DNA of 64,000 bases from Pseudomonadota bacterium (GTDB taxonomy: Bacteria; Pseudomonadota; Gammaproteobacteria; Arenicellales; UBA868), in the NCBI GenBank assembly GCA_018661145.1, contig JABJIU010000001.1, positions 2,176 through 66,175 of the forward strand. The letters are read 5' to 3'. Shown here piece by piece: positions 39,689 through 48,787 of the stretch. The notes under the pieces are model-generated. The model had not been told where the DNA came from. It saw nothing but the letters and a program-made list of their open reading frames with translations, and searched no databases. Every line of letters starts with the position of its first letter. Within the stretch, counting starts at the first letter, position 1. A program made the translations under genes and the position numbers.

Positions 39689-41035
39689 TCAGAGGGAGAC
39701 GGTCTCGAGTATCGGATTGGCGCACTCTTCGATGGTGGATACCAACGAGGCTTCAAACTGATCGAACATCCCCTCCGTCACCGGCAGCGAGATATTAATC
39801 ATGCCGCGTCTCGCGTAGAACTGGCTTTTCGCCATCATCTTTAGATGCAAGAGTTCATAAAGTTCTGAATACCCGGGTGGATGAGAATAGGGTGCCCTGG
39901 GTTTTTTGCTCCCAAAATGCAGTGCCATCATGGACCCCATGCCAGTAACTTGAATCGGCAGGTTCAAACTGCAGGCAGAGGTTTCAAGGCGGTGGCGAAA
40001 GCGTTCACCCTGCTTGAAGAATGTTTGCGCAATCTCAGCGGTAAACACCTTGCTGAGCCCAGTGTAGCCTGCTGTCATGCTCAGCATGTTGTTGTTGAAG
40101 GTGCCTGCGTGCGGCCAGGCGTCGGGTCGACTGGGATCAAAACGCTCGAGGATGTCCGCACGTCCGCCGAATGCCCCAAAACTCAACCCACCGCCGACAT
40201 ACTTGCCAAGGGTCACAAGATCCGGCCTGATATCGAACATGCCGTGCAGTCCTCCCGGGCCATGACGAGACGTCATGACCTCGTCAAAGATGAGAAGTGC
40301 TCCCGTTTTTTCGGTCGCCTCACGTAAACCCTGAAGAAAACCGACATCAGCCGGGATGCAGCCACCGGCTCCGATCATTGGTTCGATGATTACGGCGGCA
40401 AGCACTCTACCGACTTGATTGATCTTTTCAACGGCGACTTCAAGATTATTAAAAGGAATCCGGTGGGTCGGGAAGGGCGCGTTTAAGGGATTCTCGCCTG
40501 CGAAGCTTAGGACACCCCCGTGGTAGCTACCATCAACCACCATGATGTCGGTTCGCCCGGTGTGAGCTCGGGCAGCACTCAAGGCGAGTAGGTTGGCTTC
40601 GGTTCCTGAGTTACAGAAACGAAGACGTTCTACGGCAGCAAAGCGTTCGCAAATTAATGCCGCGAGTTGTGCTTCACGCTCAGTAGGGCCACCAAAGGTA
40701 AGGCCATGGGAGAGAGCTTCTGAAACGGCATTGATGATCTCCGGGTGACTGTGGCCATAGAGACCTGCTGTGTATTCCCCAAGGAAGTCTTGATACCAAT
40801 GATCGTCGACGTCCTGGATATTTGCGGCTTGCGCCTGTTTGAGAACAACCGGAAACGGGGAGTAGTGCAGTACCGTACGTGTGTTGCCTCCCGGAAGTGC
40901 GTTCTTGGCCTTTTGGAAAAGCGCGAGGCTCTGGGGGTTATGCTTGGTATAAAGCTCACGTTCGTGTGTGAGCAAGTCCGCCAGAGCTGGCGAGGAGCTT
41001 CTGGATGTTTCAGGGATTGCCTGGCTAACACTCAT
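39689..41035 (-). CDS. Class-III aminotransferase (glutamate-1-semialdehyde aminomutase-like)
   Basis: GGNTRTV, FCNSGTEANL, IFDEVMTSR and LGKYVGGGLSFGAFGG (PLP lysine). ATG at 41035 is preferred. Confidence 0.7.
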   Translation of the reverse strand: MSVSQAIPETSRSSSPALADLLTHERELYTKHNPQSLALFQKAKNALPGGNTRTVLHYSPFPVVLKQAQAANIQDVDDHWYQDFLGEYTAGLYGHSHPEIINAVSEALSHGLTFGGPTEREAQLAALICERFAAVERLRFCNSGTEANLLALSAARAHTGRTDIMVVDGSYHGGVLSFAGENPLNAPFPTHRIPFNNLEVAVEKINQVGRVLAAVIIEPMIGAGGCIPADVGFLQGLREATEKTGALLIFDEVMTSRHGPGGLHGMFDIRPDLVTLGKYVGGGLSFGAFGGRADILERFDPSRPDAWPHAGTFNNNMLSMTAGYTGLSKVFTAEIAQTFFKQGERFRHRLETSACSLNLPIQVTGMGSMMALHFGSKKPRAPYSHPPGYSELYELLHLKMMAKSQFYARRGMINISLPVTEGMFDQFEASLVSTIEECANPILETVSL

Positions 41036-41336
41036 GGAATTGAATAATACAGGGTAAGTCCGAAACAAAGAACGACGAGCGCGATGCCGAGACCCCGCCA
41101 GACGCGGTTATAGCGATCGCTAAAAAGGGCTGTCTCCTTAAGCCACGCGGTTGACTTCTTGAATGCCAATTATTAGACCTCTTGTAACCCAGTTCTTAGC
41201 CCATGGGAAATAGAAGCATACACAGTTTCAGTTAAAGTGGGTCCTTGGAAAAAGCCCAGTTCGCCCGCTCGGCGCTCTTGAAAGGAGTCATTTCAGCACT
41301 TATTATCTAAAGACTATTAACAAAAAGGGTAATATC

Positions 41337-41831
41337 ATGGAGAGGATAAAGACTTCAATCATTTTTGGGACCGTCGGGTTGTTAATGGGGGCTACGGCAA
41401 TAGCCGGCACCGCCGTACCGACAACCGGTCATGGATACGGTGCCACGACATCTTCCGTCGCAACTCCATTGGCGGATGGCTCTACGTTGATTAAGCGGAC
41501 CACCCACGAGGTCTGGATTCAGGGTCCATCCGAAGCGAATTTTCCGGCCGAGGTGATCGCGGATTGCAATTCAGCGATGTTGCTCTCTGCAGAAGGGGCA
41601 CCTTTAGCCTTTAGCGGAGTTTGTTCTGGAACGGACATTGACGGGGATACGTTCGTCGCAGCCAACCATTCGATGACGCCCGACTTCAGTGACTGTCAGT
41701 GGAGTATGTATGGCGGAACCGGAAAGTACGCAGGCGTAACTGGGGGCGGTGTCTGCATCCCAGGCGGCCCAACCACTGCGGATGGCAGTAACAGCAAGTT
41801 TTCCTGGCAAGGGGAATGGATTCTGCCATAA
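41337..41831 (+). CDS. Secreted hypothetical protein
   Basis: Signal peptide MERIKTSIIFGTVGLLMGATAIAG. No recognisable domain. Confidence 0.45.
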   Translation: MERIKTSIIFGTVGLLMGATAIAGTAVPTTGHGYGATTSSVATPLADGSTLIKRTTHEVWIQGPSEANFPAEVIADCNSAMLLSAEGAPLAFSGVCSGTDIDGDTFVAANHSMTPDFSDCQWSMYGGTGKYAGVTGGGVCIPGGPTTADGSNSKFSWQGEWILP

Positions 41832-41900
41832 GCGAGAGGCGGCCCGGTTATTCAGTGGAGTAAACGGCAAGAGCGGTCTACAGGACTTAAGGAGGTCGGT

Positions 41901-42272
41901 ATGTCAGCATTAGAACAGGTGTTGAAAGGATACGGATGTTTCAAGGAAGGTGATATCGAAGGGCTTGCGGCGCTGTGCCATGAAGACATGACATTTAGGA
42001 TGAACGGAACACATAGCCTTTCCGGCGAGTACCATGGGTTCGGCAATTGGTTGAACAACTTTCTTGCCAAGATCCCGACCGTGATACCAGGGTTTCATCT
42101 GGAAATGGAACACAGTTTCGAATCAGGAAATGATGTCTTCTGTCACCTGCGGGCAACCGGCGAGGGGTTGGACGCTTACTTCGGGCACTATTTTGTGGTG
42201 GAGGATGGAAAGATCCGAAGTTTCCACGCGTTCGATGACTCTCAACAGTGGGCCAAGGCCCTCGGAGAGTAA
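41901..42272 (+). CDS. NTF2/SnoaL-like small protein
   Basis: 123 aa. KGYGCFKEGDIEGLAALCHEDMTF...FVVEDGKIRSFHAFDD follows the SnoaL-like pattern. Confidence 0.6.
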   Translation: MSALEQVLKGYGCFKEGDIEGLAALCHEDMTFRMNGTHSLSGEYHGFGNWLNNFLAKIPTVIPGFHLEMEHSFESGNDVFCHLRATGEGLDAYFGHYFVVEDGKIRSFHAFDDSQQWAKALGE

Positions 42273-42364
42273 TCTCTCTGGATTCGACTCCGCTTTTCGG
42301 CGTTGTAGAGAAAGCCTGACGCCAAGAGAAGGGCCCGTAGCTTATGGAAGTTACGGGGCTATCT

Positions 42365-42410
42365 TGGTCGGGGTGAGGGAGTTCGAATCTTTGGGTCCTG
42401 TCTCCCGAAG
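42365..42410 (-). pseudogene. Degenerate 3' fragment of a tRNA-Pro(CGG)-like gene (copy A)
   Basis: The reverse complement reads C TTCGGGA GACAG GACCC AAAGA TTCGAAC TCCCT CACCCCG A CCA. The anticodon loop and acceptor are retained, but the T-stem no longer pairs. Confidence 0.6.
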
Positions 42411-42594
42411 ATACGAGACAGGGAAGTTCTCCCGTGCGTAAAGAGCAATATTTGCAGTTAGGAAATTTGGATAAGCGCTTGCCCGTTCTATAAAGACGAT
42501 GGATCACATTCTAATTCTGCTGGCTAGTTTGGCTTCAGTGGGTCGACCCATGCTAATCTGATGGGTAATTTTCTTAACTGATTGGAGAATCCCT

Positions 42595-42729
42595 ATGGGA
42601 ATGAGTCAAAGGAAGAAAAAAGGGAAGGTGATGAACTACAACCGCCCTGTTAACAAGAAGAACGCAACGAAAAATCAAAAGCGTGTCAGTGAAAATAATG
42701 CTGCACTACGGTCGTTAGACAAAGGGTAG
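42595..42729 (+). CDS. Small (44 aa) highly basic Lys/Asn-rich ORF
   Basis: GGAG lies 7 nt upstream of ATG at 42595. Translation is MGMSQRKKKGKVMNYNRPVNKKNATKNQKRVSENNAALRSLDKG. It is below the ORF-track cutoff and lies between the two tRNA-Pro fragments. Confidence 0.3.
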   Translation: MGMSQRKKKGKVMNYNRPVNKKNATKNQKRVSENNAALRSLDKG

Positions 42730-42745
42730 GCGCGTCTTAGAATAT

Positions 42746-42795
42746 TGGCCGGGGTGAGAGGATTCGAACCTCCGGCCCCTGCCTCCCGAAGGCTG
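42746..42795 (-). pseudogene. 3' half of tRNA-Pro (anticodon CGG), no 5' half (copy B)
   Basis: The reverse complement reads CAGCC TTCGGGA GGCAG GGGCC GGAGG TTCGAAT CCTCT CACCCCG G CCA, which parallels E. coli tRNA-Pro(CGG) from the anticodon stem to CCA. The upstream sequence has no D-arm or 5' acceptor strand. Confidence 0.75.
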
Positions 42796-43317
42796 AGGCC
42801 ACTCGTCCGTTATCTGTTTAGACCGCCATAACCTGCTATTTTTAAGCCATTTTTAAAACCGCTGGTTTTGCGCTCTTCGCACTGTTTGAGATTTCAGGGC
42901 CCTATCCTGACAACTGATTGTTAAAATGATCTAAGCTAGAAGCAGAGAAAAAATACTTCCAAGTTGGCGCTGAGAGTTTTTGGGTCCTCATATTTATTCC
43001 ATAAGAATCGACATCTCTGCTCGAATTTCTCGGAGCACCTGACCGAAGCTCAGATGCTCAATCTGTTTGGGTAATCAAGAATGCCGTGGGTGGCTGTGAA
43101 AAACGCGAATATTTTGTCCCAAAATAAGATGTTTCAGGACGTGGCGAGCCTTCTGTGCGGGTTAATCTATGTAGTGGATCCCGGGAATACGTTAATAACT
43201 AGCGGTATTGATTGTGAGGGACACCTTACCCTTACAAGTTTGGTTGATTTTCACACTGGCAATTTTAAACAAAACTTCAGTCACCCTGGAGTCTCCTGAT
43301 TGTCACCTTCCGCGATG

Positions 43318-43376
43318 CAGATTCACGATCGGCAGCCCGGCGTTGCAAGGGTCACCACCGTTTTGGATCGTGAATC
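43318..43376. repeat. Perfect 12-bp inverted repeat separated by 35 nt
   Basis: agattcacgatc (43318-43329) pairs with gatcgtgaatct (43365-43376), about 150 nt upstream of the ATP-grasp gene. Confidence 0.6.
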
Positions 43377-43525
43377 TCCGAGCCTAGTATTTCATCAGAG
43401 GGATCGTAGTGCGTGAGATTGCTTGGTATAGTCGCCGCCCTCGATTAGATCTCGCTCTTGCGTAGGAGCTTTACGATCGAGTCAAAAGCTCAGCCTTTGT
43501 TCAGAACCTCTCTAAATATGCGATT

Positions 43526-44665
43526 GTGAATACCAAAGACTTACTTGAACGGGCTCGTGATGACCTTAAGATCGCCCTTGTTTATGCGGGCAATAAAAAT
43601 GAGCCCGACGCTGTAATCGAGCGACAAATCAATAGTCGAGATTGGAAAAGTTATCGACTAGTCGCTGAAAATATCGCTGAGACGCTTGAAGCAGAGGGGT
43701 TCTCCGATGTCGTTGTATTGCCCGAGGACCGTCACCTCGGAGACGTAATAAGTAGATCCAATATCGACTTAGTTTGGTTGAATTCTGGTGGGGTCCAAGG
43801 AATTAATCCAATGGCGCATGCTCCTGCGCTGTTAGAAATGTTAGGGGTCCCTTATATTGGCCATAACCCACTAGCCGTATCACTTCTCGATAACAAGCAC
43901 GTGTTTAAGAGCATGTGTATGGCTGGATCCTTGCCAACAGCTCGATCTGTGGTGATCGCTCCGAGCTCTAAAGGCTGCAATTTCATTGACTCAGAAAACT
44001 TTGAGTCAGTATTTTACGGGTTTCCAGGACCGTTCGTGATAAAGCCGGTAAGTGGCCGAGCTTCGAAGAACGTGTATTTCGTGGGCTCAAAAAGGGAAGT
44101 GAAGCATGCGGTGGAGAAGGTTTGGAACGAAACAGGCCACCTCTGCCTTGTAGAGGAATATCTCCCCGGAAGGGAGTTCGCGATCTCGATTATGGGGTCG
44201 CGCGTGCGGCAAGACGGAGAATTCGTGACCCATGATGGACCCTTCGCGTTCTCCGCCGTTCAGCGCCTTTTTGAGCCCGATGAAAAGATCTTCACTTCGA
44301 TGGATGAGAAGCCGATTACCTACGACCGCATTCGGTTACTTGATCTCTCTCGCGAATCGGAGTTAATCAGTGAGATGGAGCATCTGGCTCGCCAAGTCTT
44401 TGCACAGTTCACATTAAGCAGCCTCGTCCGACTCGACTTGCGTGAATCAGGTGATGGAGAGCTTCAACTATTGGAAGCCAATCCAAAACCTGATCTAAAA
44501 CGCCCGTCCGAGCACGCAGCCAGTATTACTTGCACAGGATTAGCTCAGCGGGGAATGTCATACGCGGATTTGATAGTGTCAATTCTCGCTGAACGCTTGA
44601 CGGAGCTATCAAAAACCAGAAAAAAAGACTCCGCAATTCTTAAGAAACTGATGGTCACTTCTTAA
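43526..44665 (+). CDS. ATP-grasp enzyme, D-alanine--D-alanine ligase-like
   Basis: GTG start. Ddl-like N-domain (KIALVYAGNKNE...), LLEMLGVPYIGHNPLAVSLLDNKHVFK, then the central ATP-grasp region FVIKPVSGRASKNVYFV...LVEEYLPGREF and C-terminal LLEANPKPDL. Confidence 0.6.
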   Translation: MNTKDLLERARDDLKIALVYAGNKNEPDAVIERQINSRDWKSYRLVAENIAETLEAEGFSDVVVLPEDRHLGDVISRSNIDLVWLNSGGVQGINPMAHAPALLEMLGVPYIGHNPLAVSLLDNKHVFKSMCMAGSLPTARSVVIAPSSKGCNFIDSENFESVFYGFPGPFVIKPVSGRASKNVYFVGSKREVKHAVEKVWNETGHLCLVEEYLPGREFAISIMGSRVRQDGEFVTHDGPFAFSAVQRLFEPDEKIFTSMDEKPITYDRIRLLDLSRESELISEMEHLARQVFAQFTLSSLVRLDLRESGDGELQLLEANPKPDLKRPSEHAASITCTGLAQRGMSYADLIVSILAERLTELSKTRKKDSAILKKLMVTS

Positions 44666-44814
44666 AAGTTTTCGGCCTTACTTGACTAATTTCTGGTGCG
44701 GACGTGAGATATAATTTGATTGTGGAGTCTGCACAACCTAAGATCATCGGTCCATGATTGAGTGGTAGATAAATCCAAAACAAAGCGGAAGAAGCCGAAG
44801 AAGAGGGCAAAATA

Positions 44815-47394
44815 TTGGAATCAACAAAAAATACCGCCTATATAGAACGATTTAAGGCTGCGTTATCTCCGGGAGCAATCGCGCTTATCTCGCTACTACT
44901 TCTTGGTTACGTGGGTCTGGGGGAGACCCTTAGATCGTACCCCGGTCTGCAACACGACCGATTGGTCGCGCAGGGCGAAGTCGTGCAAACAGAGATGAAT
45001 ACGTTTTTGCAGGCAGGCCTACCGCTTCGGCAGTTTGTGGGGTTTGAAACCTTAGCGGCTCCTCTACTAGATTCCGACTCGCTCTTGCAGAGTAATGTTG
45101 TCAGCGATCTACGTGGGTCTATTCTATTTTCTGCTTCTGCGCCGGGTCGAGATCCTGTTTCGGCACTACGAGATCAGCCTTTGCCTATTGGGGAAACAAA
45201 AACTGGTTTATCTCCTGCTTTCACGATTCAGGAGACGCCGCGAAACTATATCGCTGTCCTTCCCTTAGAAAACAAATTCGAAACAGTGGGTTTTCTCTCA
45301 ATTACCCTGGACAAAGTCTCAATTTTATCCGCCGTTAAAGAAAAATTTGGAATGGTGTTCGGTATCATGCTGGCGTTAGCGGCCGTCATTTTACTCGGAG
45401 CGTTCTTTCTGAACGGATTTCGGGCTTCCGTATCCGGACGCTGGCTTCAGCCGTTTTTCGCAGCGATATTCATAATCGCTGCGGGCGTTGTTACCACCGT
45501 GACGATACAGATTTACTCCCAGGGTGTTCAGGCGAAGGCATCAGCCTTGGCAGATTCATTATCGACTCGAGTGGGTACCGTCCTTGATCTTGGACTCGAT
45601 CTGGAAGACATTAGCGGCGTTAATCAAGCATTGATTGATTACCATCAGCGTAACCCAGAGCTTGATTCAGTTGCGCTGACCTTTAACGGGGAGGTTGCTT
45701 ACCATAGCAATAAGGAATTAATTGGTGGACAGTGGTCGGAGCCCCAAAATTGCTTTGTTTACCAGCAAGCGTTAGTGCCCGAGGGCCAAAACTCTTCCAA
45801 AGATCAGGTCAGTTTAGTTCTGGCAGTGCCCAAAAGTGTCGTCTACTCGCGTGTTGCGAGAAACGTAAAAAACTTTGCTGTTCTTTTTCTCGCAACGGTG
45901 TTTCTAACGGCGCTGTTTTTCAAGTTAAGCGTTGTGCTAGAGGAGCGTAAAAGAAAGAAAGAGATGTCGGAAACTGCCACGGCAGTCACTGATGCCAGCG
46001 GCCTCGAGGCGCTGCGCGAGTTGGAGCACGATAGCGATAGCTCAAAAGCCTACCGGCTTGCGCTTTTGACGCCACTTTTCTTCGTTGCGGTTTTTCTAGA
46101 GGCGATGAACGCCTCCTTCTTGCCGCAGTTGATTCAGGAGGTTTCCGTCTTATCGGGGCTCGGAGCCGGGTTCACGGCGCAGGTTTTCATACTATTTTTT
46201 CTTGCTTTTGCGCTGACTCTTGTTCCAGCAGGTAAATTTGCAGAGATTCACGGCTCTCGTGGCCTTCTGCTCACTGGGAGCATCCTCACTGCTTCCTCTC
46301 AGATTTTGCTAACGTTCATCGAGACTACTAGCGTTTGGGTTCAGGCATATTTCGGAGCCGGCGCTATCGAGATTCTATGTTTGGCCAGAGTAGTCTCTGG
46401 AATAGGCCAGGGTTTTCTACTTATCGGTACACAGGCGTTCATTTTAGAGAATACACCAGAAAGTCGTCGCACCCAGGGCAACAACATCATCGTTTACGGA
46501 TATAACGGTGGCATTATTTCCGGCGCCGCGATTGGCGCTTTGCTTGCTGTCTACCTGGGATATGCGGGCGTGTTCCTGGTTGCGGGAATAATTGGCTTTC
46601 TATGCGCAATCTATGTCTTTGTCCTGCTTCCATCGGGCCACTCGAGCAACAAAACCTCGGAACTTGAAGAGGGTAGCTCTGCTCAACGGGGAAGCTTGAA
46701 GCAATACTTCTCTGGATATCTCGATATATTTAAAATTTTCGGAGATCTCAAGTTCCTGAATACAATAATCGCGGTTGGCATTCCCACTAAGGCGATTCTG
46801 ACAGGGGTTACTATCTTTGCGATTCCTCTCATACTTTCGGCGCTCGATTATGCGCCGGATGATATCGGTCAGATCATAATGATCTATGGCCTAGGGGTAG
46901 TGCTTGCCTCTCACTTTATTTCGAAGCACGTTGACAGAACTGGCTCGAGCACTAACGTGCTCTTCGGGGGGGTGATTCTGAGCTCAATCGGATTGATGTT
47001 GATCGGAGTAATGCTGGAAGCGCCGACGACCGTCAGCGAATTTCTCAACCTTGATCTAGAGCGCTTTTCCGGCTGGATTGAGGTAACAGCGTTAATTGTT
47101 GGAGTTGCGCTATTGGGCGTGGCTCATGGGTTTATTAATGCCCCTGTGGTTACTCACGTAGCAGAAGCCAAGGTCGTTCAACAGATAGGACTTGCTCCCT
47201 CAACAGCAATTTATCGGTTTTTGGAGCGACTAGGTCATGTAGCGGGTCCATTAATTGTCGCGCAGTTTCTACTATGGTTCGGGATGCAGCCAAGTACGTT
47301 ACTGTACCTTGCCCTAGTGGTCCTCATTCTGGGTCTCATTTTCCGGATAGTCTCTTTCTCGCATTCGTCCTCAGCAAGAGAACGCGCAGCTTAG
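44815..47394 (+). CDS. Fusion membrane protein: N-terminal 4-TM module with two extracytoplasmic domains + C-terminal MFS transporter
   Basis: 859 aa. TM1, a domain of about 140 aa, TM2-TM3, a domain of about 120 aa and TM4, then a charged linker (EERKRKKEMSE...). About 12 MFS-type TM helices follow, with a VSGIGQG-type loop. Confidence 0.6.
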   Translation: MESTKNTAYIERFKAALSPGAIALISLLLLGYVGLGETLRSYPGLQHDRLVAQGEVVQTEMNTFLQAGLPLRQFVGFETLAAPLLDSDSLLQSNVVSDLRGSILFSASAPGRDPVSALRDQPLPIGETKTGLSPAFTIQETPRNYIAVLPLENKFETVGFLSITLDKVSILSAVKEKFGMVFGIMLALAAVILLGAFFLNGFRASVSGRWLQPFFAAIFIIAAGVVTTVTIQIYSQGVQAKASALADSLSTRVGTVLDLGLDLEDISGVNQALIDYHQRNPELDSVALTFNGEVAYHSNKELIGGQWSEPQNCFVYQQALVPEGQNSSKDQVSLVLAVPKSVVYSRVARNVKNFAVLFLATVFLTALFFKLSVVLEERKRKKEMSETATAVTDASGLEALRELEHDSDSSKAYRLALLTPLFFVAVFLEAMNASFLPQLIQEVSVLSGLGAGFTAQVFILFFLAFALTLVPAGKFAEIHGSRGLLLTGSILTASSQILLTFIETTSVWVQAYFGAGAIEILCLARVVSGIGQGFLLIGTQAFILENTPESRRTQGNNIIVYGYNGGIISGAAIGALLAVYLGYAGVFLVAGIIGFLCAIYVFVLLPSGHSSNKTSELEEGSSAQRGSLKQYFSGYLDIFKIFGDLKFLNTIIAVGIPTKAILTGVTIFAIPLILSALDYAPDDIGQIIMIYGLGVVLASHFISKHVDRTGSSTNVLFGGVILSSIGLMLIGVMLEAPTTVSEFLNLDLERFSGWIEVTALIVGVALLGVAHGFINAPVVTHVAEAKVVQQIGLAPSTAIYRFLERLGHVAGPLIVAQFLLWFGMQPSTLLYLALVVLILGLIFRIVSFSHSSSARERAA

Positions 47395-47468
47395 AGTCCG
47401 TAACATTGAGAAATGATGTGATAGCGATTAGCAAAAAGCTCTCATCCTCACTGAAAAAAGGAAATCGT

Positions 47469-48725
47469 ATGACGTTTTTTAATCCGCGCGGGAATCTTAG
47501 AACGGGAGCAAAGATTAATTTACTGCTCGCCTGTGTATTGAGTTTTGCACCTTTTAACTTAATCACAAGCACAGCTCTCGCAGATTCTGGGAGCGCTCGA
47601 GTTGCTATTTCATCCTGGTTGGAGGTTGATTCCGACGTGACCCAAGCATGGGATGCGCGTGAGATTTCGTCCGATAGAGTCCGCTTCATCATGGCGGATG
47701 ACGTCGAGTCCGCAGACAACTCGTCATCAAGAGCGGCTGACAAAAAAGTCCTCTTTATCTTCCCAAAGAAATCCTCAGCTTACAACACCGCTTTAAGCAC
47801 AAGTCTCAGGGTGTTCGCTGATCGCGGATTATTTCCTGAGGTCGAGATTGTATTGATGGAAAAGGATGCCTCAAAGCGGCTGGAAGTGATTGCCGCCGCA
47901 GAAACGTCTAACGTTGACCTTATCTTCGCAACTGGCTCTTCCTCTGCGAAGTTTGCCTATAAAAATTATTGGGGCGGTAAGATTCCGGTAGTCACGATAT
48001 GCGCTAAGGATCCGGTGATGTTGGGCCAGATGCCCGACTATGCTTCCGGAAGTGGTAGCAATATGGCATTTACCTCCCTAAATGTTCCCGTTGGCCTACA
48101 GGGCAAGTATTTAAAGGAACTAAAGCCCGGACTCAAGAACGTTGCTGTGCTTTTCGCGAACGAAAACAAGAGCGCTATTAAAACTCAGTATGAACCGCTG
48201 GTTAAATGGGGCGAAGAAAACGGAATTCAGATTCTGGGTGTAGGCGTGAGTAAGAAAGAAGCGGCGGTCGAATTATCAAAAATGGTGCCAGAGGCTGTTG
48301 CGCAGATGCGCTCTTCGGACCCGTCCTTGGAGGAGAGTATCTTCTGGATTACTGGGAGTACGTCCGTCTTTAAAGAAATAGCAACGATTAATGCCCATTC
48401 GAGCACTGTCCCAGTCTTGAGCGTGGTTCCGGATGTCGTGCAAGCCGGGAGCGATACTGCTGTTATGTCCATCGGTGTTGGTTTCGACAGCAACGCAAAG
48501 CTCGCCGCAATTTACGGCGTAAATTTGCTTACGGGAAAAGTTAACGTAAGCGACCTCCCCGTTGGCCTCGTCGAGCCGCCGGATATAGCAATAAGCTTTC
48601 TGAAGTCACGAGATATTGGAATGAAAGTCCCGTTTTCTTTTGTAGAACGTGCTTCAACGATCTACGGAAACACGGGAGAGGTAGCTCGCAGCAAAGGGAA
48701 GAACGTCGTCGTAAGCGTAAATTAG
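47469..48725 (+). CDS. Periplasmic binding protein of the ABC_sub_bind (PF04392-like) type, orphan
   Basis: ATG at 47469 with AAGGA upstream. Signal peptide is present. The body (KKVLFIFPKKSSAYN...DLIFATGSSSAKFA...KNVAVLFANENKSAIKTQYE) resembles the ABC_sub_bind family. No ABC permease or ATPase genes are adjacent. Confidence 0.5.
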   Translation: MTFFNPRGNLRTGAKINLLLACVLSFAPFNLITSTALADSGSARVAISSWLEVDSDVTQAWDAREISSDRVRFIMADDVESADNSSSRAADKKVLFIFPKKSSAYNTALSTSLRVFADRGLFPEVEIVLMEKDASKRLEVIAAAETSNVDLIFATGSSSAKFAYKNYWGGKIPVVTICAKDPVMLGQMPDYASGSGSNMAFTSLNVPVGLQGKYLKELKPGLKNVAVLFANENKSAIKTQYEPLVKWGEENGIQILGVGVSKKEAAVELSKMVPEAVAQMRSSDPSLEESIFWITGSTSVFKEIATINAHSSTVPVLSVVPDVVQAGSDTAVMSIGVGFDSNAKLAAIYGVNLLTGKVNVSDLPVGLVEPPDIAISFLKSRDIGMKVPFSFVERASTIYGNTGEVARSKGKNVVVSVN

Positions 48726-48787
48726 CATCAGTCGCCCCTTGATGGCTCAGCGTTGAAGCCCAGTCTTTCACATCACGGCATACTGTT

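Noticed and set aside
39538-39844. Small ORFs (23 aa at 39538; 90 aa at 39572..39844) downstream of the acyl-CoA ligase
   Set aside because: The 90-aa ORF runs through the intrinsic terminator and into the 3' end of the convergent aminotransferase gene. Neither ORF has a convincing RBS or motif.
42746-42840. Possible intact tRNA or tmRNA gene on the minus strand
   Set aside because: Only the anticodon arm, variable region, T-arm and acceptor 3' strand with CCA of tRNA-Pro are present. The sequence where the D-arm and 5' acceptor strand (CGGGGTG...) should be does not match or pair, and no tmRNA-like 5' end or tag reading frame is evident. It is called a fragment instead.
43081-43299. 72-aa ORF in the island junction spacer
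   Set aside because: No Shine-Dalgarno precedes the ATG, there is no recognisable motif, and the composition is like random A+T-rich sequence. It is left unannotated.
44682-44715. TTGACT ... TATAAT promoter upstream of the sensor-MFS gene
   Set aside because: Both hexamers are good, but the spacer is 22 nt, well outside the functional 16-18 nt range.
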